Shown piece after piece: positions 36,541 to 49,400 of a stretch of DNA of 64,000 bases. Location of the stretch: assembly GCA_051362555.1 (NCBI GenBank), contig CM120640.1, positions 56,646,788 to 56,710,787 on the forward strand, in the 5' to 3' direction. A program made the position numbers and the translations under genes. The first letter of the stretch is position 1; every line of letters starts with the position of its first letter. This stretch comes from Lingula anatina. Taxonomy: Eukaryota > Animalia > Brachiopoda. The notes under the pieces were generated by a model that did not search any database, was not told the origin of the DNA, and was given only the letters and a program-made list of their open reading frames with translations.

Positions 36541-37429
36541 TTCTCTCTATGAACTGGTGAAAACAGAGCAAGTATGTATAAAGTGGGTTGTTCTATTTTT
36601 CGCGGTATGTCAAAAACATTTCCTGACCCGGAAGTTCCGTGCATTTGCCGAGAAAGTGGGTAGCACGCGGAAGTCGTCGAACCGCTGGTGCCACCGCAAC
36701 TTTGTCACCGATAAATATTGATTAAGCATAGTTTCCGGCGGCTCGTGTGTTGGGGATAATAAATATCAAGAGGCTGTTTATCATATGCCTTTATTCACAC
36801 TTGATTTATCATCCGGATGCGCGACGAAACAAAATTCGTACCACAACAAAAGGAGCATTTTAAATGAAAGTTCCACTGGGTTCACTGTAGATGTTTTAAT
36901 CAAGCAGAGAGTGTTTAAGTATACAGTACACGTTGACTTCCAAGAAAATTTATCAAAAAATTTGGGAAAATTTTGTAATTTCTTTTAAAAGTGATTTCGA
37001 AATATGCGATAGCGTGTTTTCAGTGTTTTGCGGAGAATCATTCTTGAATGAATGGACCCATGCCCCTTCTCGACATCCTGGATCTGCACGTACCTGTACA
37101 TAAATTCCTCTAAATGTAGTTCCACCCTAGGCAAAAGCATATTTTTTTCGTGTATAAATTTCATTTTTCTGCATTCAAAATACAGCAATTATATTACGTG
37201 AAGACATACATACAATCAATTGTATAGTCCTATTGTTTCTAGTTAAAATGAATACTTATCATGACTTATAGGCACTATTTATTGTCTAAAACATAAAAAC
37301 TCAAGTCATGTAGTAAGTTTCCATCGCACCGTCTTTTAATAAGGGCAAATTTGTGAGACCGACGTAGATACAGCGGAAAATTTCACTCGCTTATGAGAAA
37401 AAAATCCACTTTTTTTTTACTTCTACCTA

Positions 37430-37694
37430 CACACAATGGACAATAGAAGTGTCACCCCCTGAACTAGAGTAATCAAAGTAGGTAGATCTTGAGTAGTTAT
37501 AATGCCTGGTCTACTTATAATGTGACTAATGAGTATAAAACCGCTGTACCATGGAATTGTATTGTTGGTATTTTTGTGAAATTTGATGTTAATAAAATGA
37601 TACCAGGAGCATACCATTCCACAGTAATTTATCTCCCCCAAAGTATTGGTTCAGTAGGGGTGACACTGGTGACACTTCTATTGCCCACTGTGTG
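37430..37694. mobile_element. MITE with TA-flanked TIRs (Tc1/mariner-like)
   Basis: cacacaatggacaatagaagtgtcacc ... ggtgacacttctattgcccactgtgtg, with TA on both sides. Confidence 0.7.
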
Positions 37695-38636
37695 TATTTG
37701 GTTAGGCCTACTAGTATAACTGACGTTTCTTTAGAGAGACAACTTAAACTTTTCATGAATTTTATATGCCACCAAATATGCATTAGAAAAAAAGATGTTA
37801 ATTTTTTTAGTATTTTTTTCGTGCTGGGGGCTCTACTAGTACTATCCCTCATTCAGACTGGATAACCGCATACCCCACTATAGGTCTATTAAGTAGCATT
37901 TTTGAAAAAAATGTTTAAAAAATCACACATTTTTTGATAAAATATCACAATTAAATGTAGTTAATTTTTAAAAAAAAATCAATATAAATGATTTTCCAAA
38001 AGCTTTTTAACTTTTAAAAGAATTGTCTAAACGGAATTGTTCACAAAATAAATACGAATTAAATTTATTGTTCTTGTTATCAATGCCCTGCACTGTCATG
38101 TTGATTAAATTTCAGAAAACAAGCAGCTATATTTTCTGAATTAGAGTCTTTCAGTAGGCCTAAAACACACTCAATTAATTAGTCTCGTTATAATTAATTA
38201 TTCAGTCGGAGAAATGTCTTCGTGGCCAACATTTGAATGTGCTAGAATACGGGCTTTTCAACCATTTCTCTTTGGTGCCAACGTGTACCATTAATAATGA
38301 ACGATGGTAATTGGAAAATATCTGCCGGCACTGCAGTAAGAAAGACCTGTTAGTCATAACGCAACTGTGTTTACCGTAGCTTGTGTAGCCCTCTATCTAG
38401 TTCAAGGTCAAGGGTGCAACCTCCATTTGACAAGCTTCGAACAGGAGTGGGTTTGAGGTAAGACGGCTATAATCATCTGTTGGATTTTGGCAACAAAATG
38501 CATTTTCCCGGTGTTTAAGCAACTCTCAATAGGTACTTATATTCTGGAATTTCTTTTGATTAATCTAAATGTCTTGTATGTGAACAGGGCGCCACTGTTC
38601 GTAATGTAGCTTTAGCTGAGTTTAACTTTAAGGAGC

Positions 38637-38723
38637 CGTCTCCAACGAGCAAGCTGAAGAGTAGACAAATGTCTATTTTCCGTCTCCAACGAGCAAGCTG
38701 AAGAGTAGACAAATGTCTATTTT
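38637..38723. repeat. Perfect 44-bp tandem duplication
   Basis: cgtctccaacgagcaagctgaagagtagacaaatgtctatttt x2. Confidence 0.95.
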
Positions 38724-39280
38724 GTGGTCAGAATACAGTGCAGATACGTTAACTCTGAAAAACAATTAAACCAAATCTTTAAGCTGTAAAAAGATGTATG
38801 TGAAGTCTGACAGTATATTTTAGTGTTGTGATTACAACGTATGCCGGCCAGACGTGCCAAGTTTCGTTAGTTGTAACCCTAGAGCTGAGCAAAACTAAGT
38901 GGTGGATGTACATTTAACACCTGATTTGACCATAGTACCCTCTGTTATATATCTTGTAGAGGATGGTGTGTGTTACTATTTTGATATTAGGTTGAATCTT
39001 ATAACCCTGTTGACTTCTATAGTGACACAATAGTAACAGAATTGTTGGTATTAATGTTGATTTGACTTGTGGCTTGATGATAAGGTATAATGTTATACAA
39101 TAGGTGCTTATACTTGGCGTCAATCCTGCTTATACATGGCGTCAATCCCACTGGCCAAATTAGCCCAGGCGTTGAGGTATAATGTACTACCCTGTGAGAA
39201 ACTGTGAGTTGGAATTGCACCAATATTTCATGGCACAACCAACTACTACTTGCTCATTTGTTACAGAATGGATCCTTGAA

Positions 39281-39290
<10 letters not shown>

Positions 39291-39353
<63 letters not shown>
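39291..39353. repeat. (AT)n microsatellite
   Basis: atatat... run preceded by (AC)5. Confidence 0.95.
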
Positions 39354-39356
<3 letters not shown>

Positions 39357-41939
39357 ATTGGATCAATCTACCTAGTATGATAGTTCATTGTAAATATATC
39401 TTAAGTCGTAATGAGTGACATATGCACTACATCCTATACTTTCACATGTATATAGTAGTGAACATTAATCAGTAGATATAAAATACTACTACGGAAAGAC
39501 CCAGTATCTGCCTCAGGAATTAATGTCTTTATGAAACCCAAACAGCAATTACCATGTGTATATTTAAAAGTGGATCATTTTTGGGATCTCAGTACATATA
39601 TAAAGAACTTTGCTTATTGATCCTTCCCACCTGTGTATCTGAGTTAATCTGACATACTAAGATAACTCTTCTTATCCTTTGCATAGAGGAGGATAGATGA
39701 GAATACATTGACAAACTTTCAAGTTTGCCAGCAGTATCAAACTCAAAATATGTAGCACTATTGAGATTGGTGTGTCACCCCAAGTAAAGAGAATCATTAA
39801 TTTAGTAAAAATATGTAATCTTTAGAATATTTTAACATGTTGGTGCTTTTATAATGTGTTGATCTTATTTCTGAGCCAATAATCTGGAAGAGGGGAGCTT
39901 GGCTTTTGAAATTTATTTAATTCAAAACAGTTCTTCTCTGCCAAGAGCATTAAAAAGGCTAATGCAGCACTTTTTTTCTTTTTTTGGCACAGTTATTCAT
40001 TAAAAGATTACTTAGACCTCTTTGGTCCTAAATTGAGCTTAAAGATGCTGATAGATGTCTAAAATAATGATAGATTCACTTACTGGTAACCAGTTTCCAA
40101 TATGTTAGAGCTTATATGATAATTGTAGCTCCATATTTCAACTTTTTTGATGGGAATCAAAATGAATATGGGGCATTCTGTGGTATTCGTTTTGCATTAC
40201 GGACGGAATTTTGACACTTTAAAAATAAATTCAACAAGAACTATAATACATACATTGTTCACATTTGGCAGGAATATTGATAAGTGCAAGCCTAAACTTG
40301 TGACCAAAAAACTTGAAATAACATCTATTAGTTTTTGAGAAATATTGGTTATTGATCACCATTACGGACGGAAAAAAATGGACAAGCATTTTTATTAATC
40401 AACTTCAACTTCAAAACTCTGCTCTGTTTGTGGCTTTTTAAAGATAAAACTGCTTTGACATGACAATTTCAGTATTCTAGTTACTAGAAATGTAAAAGGT
40501 TATTTAAATTTTTTTTTTGTTAGGAAATTTTTGAAGTGTATATATCATTGTAGAACAACCTGTGGGCGCAGAGTGCAATCCCAGCTTATGAAAACATCAA
40601 GACCGTAATCAGTAATATATTTGGAAACACATCTTAGTATTGACGTAGGCCTGTCCTTAAAAAGCCATGTTATTTGGCCAAATAAAAAAAAAATGTTAAT
40701 TAATCCATGATCCCATTTTCTACATCATTGCTTGTCATTTGCCAATGAACTTTCAAAATTAAAAGACTAATGAAAATTAGAAGAAGCAATTTTAAGATGC
40801 CCCAATAAAAAAGATTCTAAGAAAGGTGAGAAATCATTATGTTTTGGATTTTATCATGGTCTTATGTCATACTCCGGTCATGTCACCAATAATCACAGGT
40901 TAATCTTTTTCCTGAGGAATAAGATTGATTAAATATATGGGTACTGTATTCTCTCAGTAAATAATAAGGATAACCAGCTTATTTATGAATAAAACTGCAT
41001 TGAACATTTGTGCATACTAGTTTAATGGGCCAAGAGATTGCCAGTGTTGATTCAGGCCACTTGTGTCAGGCGTTATTCCAATTCTTACTTCTCAAGCAAG
41101 CAAGGCTTTCCCCCAGAGAGCCAGCCAGCCATCATTTGGATGGCCACTGGCCTCAAAATTGCCTATATGGGTGGACGCTTTAAGAATTTTTTTTGGAAAT
41201 GACCGGTTGGGGACTTGTTTGGTTTAGACACCCTGTAAATTGGTGACGAAGTTAAAGATTTGCAATTAGGACTCCCAGTACCCCAGATCTTAGGGAAAAT
41301 CCTGCAAGCAAGTAACCATATTATACATAATTGTTGTCAGAGACACGGGAAAGATGCTGGTTTGTGCCGTCTCTGAGTTACAATGAGTTTGGGGGTATTG
41401 CAGGCTCTTGGGTCTCCTGAAAACGAGAAACATTTTGAAACAGTTACTAGTAGGCTTTCTTTACCAATGATTTTTTTAAACAAATACAGCACTAGAAATT
41501 TGAAAAAAAAAAAAAGAATTGATTGCTAAAAATTATTAAAGGCATCAAAGGGATAAGTTTGAAAGCATTAATTGTACATTTGGCTTGAATAATACCCACA
41601 TTTCATTTGAGTTGCTGACCCGTCTTCACTAGTGCTTGGAATGAGACCAGGACCCAGCAAGTGTCTCTGTGACTGATGTATTTTTGGTTTGTGTTTGACT
41701 CTTGGTGGAAATTTGAACAGGAATATCATTGAGATTAGTTCGGAATCAGCCTGTTGCTAATAAAAGTCAATTTAACAACAGCTTTCCTATGGGAATGATA
41801 AGAGGGTATTAAAACCGTATGAACATATACAGACCAAATTACTTTCTGCCACAGTGATTGAGGTCCTAGGCTCATGGTTAAGCTATAGTTGAAGGTAAGA
41901 TCCATCATATATGGGGATAAGCAGTAAGATAATATCTTA

Positions 41940-42154
41940 GACCCCATTTCCAGAGATTAGATTGATCTACTTTAGATCGACCTAATTCCCTGGGGGTTCA
42001 CGCTAAATAGCTGTCAGCCGGGCGGACACAAAAGTTAATTACCCCCTTACAGTTTGTAGTAGGCAGGACGGATATTTAAGCCGGATTATCTGACAGTAAT
42101 CTAGTGAGACTCCCCGCGGGGATAGACCGATCTAAAAGCTCTGGGAATACAGCC
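41940..42154. mobile_element. Degenerate MITE, TTA-flanked
   Basis: Imperfect TIRs gaccccatttccagag...gatcta and tagaccgatctaaaagctctgggaatacagcc. GC/CpG-rich interior. Confidence 0.5.
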
Positions 42155-42230
42155 TTATATTACCAGTTATGTAGAAGCCACTTTATATAAGGTGACCAGT
42201 TATGTAGAAACCACTTGGTATCATTTATAA

Positions 42231-42487
42231 GGCTTCGTTCACATGCAATGTCTATTTTCTAAATTCTATTTTCTATTTGCGGCATGTCTTATGATCACGG
42301 TCTGTGCACTGAATATCCCGCCGCGTAATTACTGGCAGCGCGAGCCAGTTACTATAAGTTACTATAAGTAACTGGCTCGCGCTGCCAGTAATTACGCGGC
42401 GGGATATTCAGTGCACAGACAGTGATCATAAGATAGCGCGAATAGAAAATAGAATTTAGAAAATAGACATTGCATGTGAACGAAGCC
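42231..42487. mobile_element. Almost fully palindromic MITE, copy 2 (inverted relative to 19057-19314)
   Basis: ggcttcgttcacatgcaatg...cattgcatgtgaacgaagcc with TAA TSD. Confidence 0.9.
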
Positions 42488-43527
42488 TAATACTCATACT
42501 GTGGGGCTTATTTCAAAACAAAAGGACTTTTACAGGACCTATTTTGGAAATGACTGTGAGATGCATGTGGTGTATAGGGAGCCTGCCAACTACTATCGGA
42601 AAACCATTGATAAATGTGAATATTAAGTTAAGACCACATGATTTAAGCAACTGTTTCCAGACTATCATAGTGTGAGAGGCTTTTGCAGGAATTTAGAGAA
42701 AATGAATAGGGTGTGTGTCTATGTCATACTGAGCAACAAAACAGAAATACTAGTGCCAGTCTGCTGTGGAGACTAAAGGTAAATATGCTTGCTCTTGGTA
42801 TTGTAATCTTCTTCAATACTGCGATTAGTGTCTATACAGTGAGTACATGTTACCATCACCCAAGTGTGTTCACATCATCACATTTTCTCCGTACAATGCA
42901 TGTTCGGTTAAAAGCTAGTCCTGGATTTGTTCTGAGGCCTTCCATTGTTTTTTTTTTTTTTTTTTTTTTTTTTTCATTTACATAAATATAAATATACATT
43001 AAAGGATCATGTCTAGTTGTGATAACTATGGCTGCATTCAGAGCAGATGATATGCGGATCTGTTAGGCCGAGGATAAACTTGTTCTTAAAGTAGCCTATG
43101 TTCTTGTTAAAATTTTAAGGCGTGACAGGAATTTTTAATTTATTCTTTTATTTTTTCAGTTTTTATGGTTAAACTGATTTAGGGTGACTGTGCATTTGTC
43201 AGCTTTGGCTGGCTTGTTTGAAGGATTGTTATTTTATGAAGTTTTATTATGACTTTGATAAATAAAAATATGTATTACAATGTTTCTACTTTGTGGTCAT
43301 TATAATATTTAAAAGCACCATGGATAACCTGAGATTCATTCTAGAGCAGTTCATCACTGTTGATGAAACCTACTGTTCCTTTTAGCCATTTGAACTTGTG
43401 TCCCTTCTGTTCCTAGTTTTATTTCAGTTTAGTTCAAGACATTAATGAATGTAGTTGCTTATTTTCCTTCTCTTTTAAATTGTACAACAGAGGTTCAAAG
43501 AAGAGAAAAAACAGAGGGCAAAATTAA

Positions 43528-43836
43528 AGGGATAACTACTCTTCATATGAGATTTATATTTCACAATAAATACATTGTAAACAACTCATAGAAATATGTT
43601 CCATTTTACCACAAAAACAGTTATAGCGATTATTCTGAAATCTGTGCTTGTCATCGGACAACATGACCTCCATAGATGGCTATACTCTGTAATAATCTCT
43701 CAAGATATTACTACAAAAAAAAAAAAACTAACTTTGAATGTAGAAATGGATTCATTAACCATTGGTAAGAGTAGGAAAATTGTCGTTTACCACAGGAAAA
43801 TTCAGTTTTTGGCCAAAATGAACAGTTGTTATCCTT
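43528..43836. mobile_element. TTAA-type MITE, copy 2
   Basis: Colinear with 16091-16427 (ctcttcatatgagat.tatatttcacaataaa.acattg...). Confidence 0.8.
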
Positions 43837-45622
43837 ATAAGTAAAATTATTATCAGTTAAGAAATTAAAACTACCTGAAATTAAAACTATCTGGAAAACC
43901 GACCCCTAGCATTTCATCCACTGAACATTGTTATCAACAATTTGTCATTCTAAGGGAAAAAGTATCAGTTTCTATATACATTTGTCCTAGTAAAATTTAA
44001 TGGAAATCTGTTGAAGCCTTTGAAATGTGGACAATAAATGGAGTGGGTTTTGGATGATTAGGGAGGAAGATTATACATTGTGTGTCTTTCAATGATTGAT
44101 GAGTCTACAAAAAAGAAGAAAATAATGGAATAAAAAAGAAGGGATGGTTTAATTAGTGGGCCTTGTTGGTTGACAGGTAATACATTTTCATGGATTGTTA
44201 TAAAGATAAGGCATAAGGTTTGTGGCTTTAATGTGAGACGCCATGTGCAGCAGAAAAAAATGTGCCAGTAATTCTGTAGGAATTGAAACACGAGTTTACA
44301 AATATTTTTATGTGAACTAAGATTGCATTAAATTTTTTTTCAACTGGACATAGGTAAAACAACTGTTTAGTGTTGTATATAAATAATGGTCACCGGTGCC
44401 AGTCTGTGCTTTTGCAATCTTTGTCACCATTGTTTCCCTACAAATTTGTTTACTCTATTACTACTTTACTTTGCAAGAAAGTGTAGAAATCACAGTGATA
44501 CACAATGAGTGACAGGAAAAACACTGATTTAACATTAAAATTGTACAAAATGTGTAACTTAGTTAATTGTTTTAGGTTAATCAAAAAGGCATGAGACCAT
44601 GTGAAGTTTGCAGTGAAAAGGCAGCATTGACTTACATTTCTTTTTGCTTTAAAATTCAGATAAAGAGTAAATGCAAAATCACATTTTTGTTTTAATTAAA
44701 ATCTTTTACTGTAGTTCACTGTGGATAAAATGCAGAACAAATCCAAAGATAAGCACAACTGGATTTTTTAAAAAGGTTATTGCTTTTTGTGATATTTACT
44801 GGCACTTTATTGTTCTCCATTTAACATCCCAATTTCATTTCTGTTTTAGTTGAGATTTTCTGTGATACTGACTTTATCTAAAGCCTGAAGAGAATGGACA
44901 GGATTTCCTTCAAATCACATGCAGGTGAGATTTAAAGATGTTTACTTCTGTTTTTGTTAGATTCTGTCATTTGCTGTGTAGCAAAATAAAAATCCCTTAT
45001 GGTTTTTAATGCATGCTTTGATGCAAGTGGTGAAAAACAAAGGTAGAAAAAAGTGGTTTTGTCTCTTAATATGTTAACCCATAGGAATGCTTAATACAGG
45101 TGTGTCATTCCATTATGAGGTAGACCTTATATTTGTCCTTGATTTGAAAATCTTACAAGAAATGGTTGTCATGCTGATTCATAGCTACTTTATTATGTCT
45201 AGACTTCAATGAGTATGTACTGGCTGTGTAAAGGTAGTTTATATGCATATACGTCATGCTTGCACTGATGATACAAATTATTGATCATTAAAGGGTAATT
45301 TCTCCCTTTCAGGTTGAGGTCCTTCCTGTGAACATGTAGAGGGGTTCTTGCAGTAGAAGCTTTTCACAGATATAACAGATCTGCTGGTCAATTTGATATG
45401 GAGTTCAGAACTGCATGTGTGCATTTTAGTAATTCATTACCCAGGATGTATATGATTTAGCAGTTAAAACAAGGACAGATGGTATTCACGTGATGGTAAA
45501 ATCCAATCAAACAAAGCCTAGAATATGTACACAGTAGTTGAGGTACCTCATATCTTGGACAAGTTTCTCAGCTGACAGAAGACAGCCTGGAAGGTACCAT
45601 ATTTGTGGCCTGCTGAGAAAGA

Positions 45623-46408
45623 ATGAGGATCCACCCTTCCAGAGTAATAAGGGCTCTGCTCTCTGCAACAGTTGTCCTTTTTATAATATTTAATGTTCAT
45701 CTCTTTGTGTATCAGCATACACATCCCATGGATGGAGCAGATACCTTGCAGGGTGGTCAACGTGCCACATTTTCTCAAGAAATCCGCTCTGTGGTCAAGG
45801 CTCAAAATGCATTAACTGGAGACAAATTGAGCAACCAAAGGACTAATGTCTCAGACATTACTAATATTAAGGGAATGGTAACAAACAAAGCCAACAAGAA
45901 AATAGAACACACTTGGGAAGATATAGATGAAAGCAACAAAACAGCTATTAAACTTGCAATGGACAGAGTCAACCAGGAAGAACTTGTTTACAATTTAGAC
46001 AAATTCAAGCTACAGTTCACCCCAAACAGTGTTGTAATTGTCGTGCAGGTTCATGACAGGATACAGTATTTGAAATTTCTCCTGCGTTCTTTAAGTGAAG
46101 CCTATGATATACATAAGGCTTTGCTGATTATCAGCCATGATTTCCTGAGCAATGAATTGAACAGAGTAGTACAGAGTATAGATTTCTGCCCTGTAAGTAA
46201 AATATCCTCAGTTCATTTTGTTGGAGGTAACTGTTGAACAAGCTCATGATAGATGCAAATTGTTTTTGGAGTTAGAAATTATAACTAAGAGAGCCATACA
46301 TTTTATTAAAATGACCATTTTGCTTGGCATTACTTGAATACTAAAAATGTTTTAATTCTCAATATTCCAACACTCATCCCTTGACTCTTGAACAATGATG
46401 ATTGATTG

Positions 46409-46457
<49 letters not shown>

Positions 46458-49400
46458 TTATTGTGACAGCGTTTCTATAAAATTGATTTGAAAGCCACTT
46501 AAATGTCAGTTCCAAAATATAAGGGTTACGTAGGCTTCTTTATCTTGTAGGTGGTGCAGATCTACTACCCCTATTCCATGCAGGTCTTCCCAGATGTGTT
46601 CCCAGGAAAGGATCCCAAAGACTGCCCTAGGGATATAAAGAAGGAAAAGTAGGTGGATTTGCTACACTTGAGGGGTTGATTCATTTGTATCTTAAAATGG
46701 AGAAGCAAAAGTCCTTACTAACCTTGGTAATGACTGATGCGAAAAAGGAAAGGGCATTTAGGGAGTTAAACATTCATCCCCTTTTGAAGACCAAGTTAAA
46801 ATTATTACAAGGTTTGCATTATTTATTGAAACAGCTGGATAGATAATGTATGAAAACTGAAATTGTTTTCTAGGGCCAGAGAAATTAAGTGCAATAATGC
46901 TGACCATCCAGACAAGTATGGTCATTACAGGGAGGCCAAGTATGCACAGACTAAGCACCATTGGTTCTGGAAGGTAAATATTTATGTTTAGGTTTGTTAC
47001 ATTGTATTGAGACGCCATGGCCAGGTGTACTAGCAATTCTGGTTCTGAAAAGAAGCACACTTTTAGAAACTACATGTATTGTCGATTAAGTTGAAATGAC
47101 AGACTTCATTCCACAAAAGAAGTGAACATTTGAGTCACAATGATGACACACATTTTATGTAATATTCACATGATTTCAATAAACAACATTATTATTGCTG
47201 CTGTATTTCCCTCTGATTTACAACTTCTGATGTCATTGGTATGTTACTAATGCATAAATTATTTTATTCACCTCTCTATGATTTGATAGATAAATAATGA
47301 ATAATAACAAGAATTGAGTTGCTTTGGCAAAGGTCTGCACCCTCTGAGTGCTTTTCTCATATGTTATATTTTAGTTTTCAGTGAAATGATAGTTTTGGTT
47401 GGTAATAAGATAAATCCATACAGTATGTACCACAAAATGTAAATTGCAAGTGTTAGAGATAATAGGTGTACCTGGGAGTCTGGTACCTGCCATTCAGGTT
47501 TAAATTAGTATTTATGCTGGGTTTTCAATGCTGCATGTTGGTTAGTGGTTTTTTCAATGTGTATTAATTTTTTTTTTTTTTGCTATGTTAGTTAAAATAC
47601 TGGCCCTGAATGATGCTAAAGATAATAGCTTTTATTCCTATTTATGTGACTAATTCACCTAAATGTTTTCTGCAACAAGTTCTGAAAAATTTTTTTGGTT
47701 AACCACTTCTTTTAATGTTCATGAGGTTGAAATTTTGTTAATAATTGTTTTGCCTGAAAATTTTATTGAATTTTTAAATCACATTTAACATTATTCTTGA
47801 CTAAGGCTGTTATTCCATGCATTTTTGAAAATATTATATGAAATAAAATATGATAATTTTCCATATTTTTTCCAGATTAACTATGTGTTCGATGAGCTTT
47901 CACTTACAAAGGGCTTTGATGGCTTAGTCTTACTATTGGAGGAAGACCATTACGTAGCTCCTGACTTCCTACATTCCCTCAGTCATATGAAAAACATTAG
48001 AGATGAGTAAGTTTAATTCCACTTTAAATATAAAACCTGTTTTTTTCACATCCCATTATGCAGTCACAGTCTGATAATGCAGCCATTTAGTGTCTTAATT
48101 ACTTAGGCTGAAGATTATAACACATTTGATTTCCCCATGAGGACTAAGCACTTAAAATTTTTATGATCCTTATGTTCATTTGTGGTTGTTTCATCATGTT
48201 TATGTTAGGGCTCATTCCCATTGAAACTATCGATCTACCTCGATGGATCCAATTCTTGCTTAATGCAATCAGTCTAACAGATTAACAGTTGGCCTCTTGT
48301 TCCAAACATACTTTTTTTCCTTTATTTTACACAAGGCATGATAATCTGTTAAACTGATTGCATTCAGCAAGAGTCGGAGATGGATCAGTCTTTGTAGACT
48401 GATAGTTTCAATAGGAATGAACCCTTAGTCTGCCTCATAATCAATTTTACAATTTTCCAGAAGATTCAAATCGCTTGCTCACAGGTAGTAATAGACTACC
48501 AAGTTACTTGGTATGCATTATTGTCTGGTCACATTACTTTTGAGGAATATTTCACTTGCAAACATTGCAGTTTGGTGTAAGAGAAAAATCGGTGACCAAA
48601 ACAGAGAATTTCATGATCACCATGATTGTGAAAGGGTCACATTCTGGTGAAAGGGAGGCTTTAACAATTTTTGAGACTTTTATTATTATCATAAAGAAAT
48701 GACTTTTATGCATTCCCAAATGAAGAAATAGTTTAAAAAGAAAAGTTTGCCCTCATGATATCAGTTAAAAGTGAACCCCACTTCATACAAATTCTCACAC
48801 TTATTGTTTTGTTTGATGTCATGTACAGTTGTAAAAATCTATTAGAGTATCTTGGATGTTGCCCATATAGCTTGTTAAAAGCCTACCTCTCATGTACATA
48901 ATGCTTAGGGTTTTCCACAGGTGGTATACAGGTGCTAGAAATTACCTCCATGTCATACAATTTTATGTAAACATTATTTGCAGCAGTCTTCTGTGAACAA
49001 ATAAAATGGTATGTGTTAAATATTTATTTAATAGAAATAACACACAGCTGTATCATATCATATTGGGTAAATTGAATATTAAAAGAGTTACAGCAATCCA
49101 TAATAAAGAACTTCCTATCATATTTATACAATAGTTTGAGAATTTATTTTTTGAAATGGTATGTTGTCTCAAAGTAATTTGATATTATTATATCTTAACC
49201 ACCAAATTGCTCATTTTGAACAGTTAAAACATTCTTATTTTTAGGAGTCAAAAGTCTGTGGGTATTCTTACCCTGGGTACCTATGACAAGAAGCCCACCT
49301 ATGGTCCCCAGTCCAGGCAGGTAAGTAGCCAAGATGGTAATTAATTGATGCTATAATGTTTTGTAATGAGCTATAGCCACCTGTTATTGTGACAGTTAGC

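Noticed and set aside
37432-37692. Transib/RSS-like CACAATG/CACAGTG termini
   Set aside because: The inverted repeat extends outward to TA and there is no 5-bp TSD. A TA-targeting MITE fits better.
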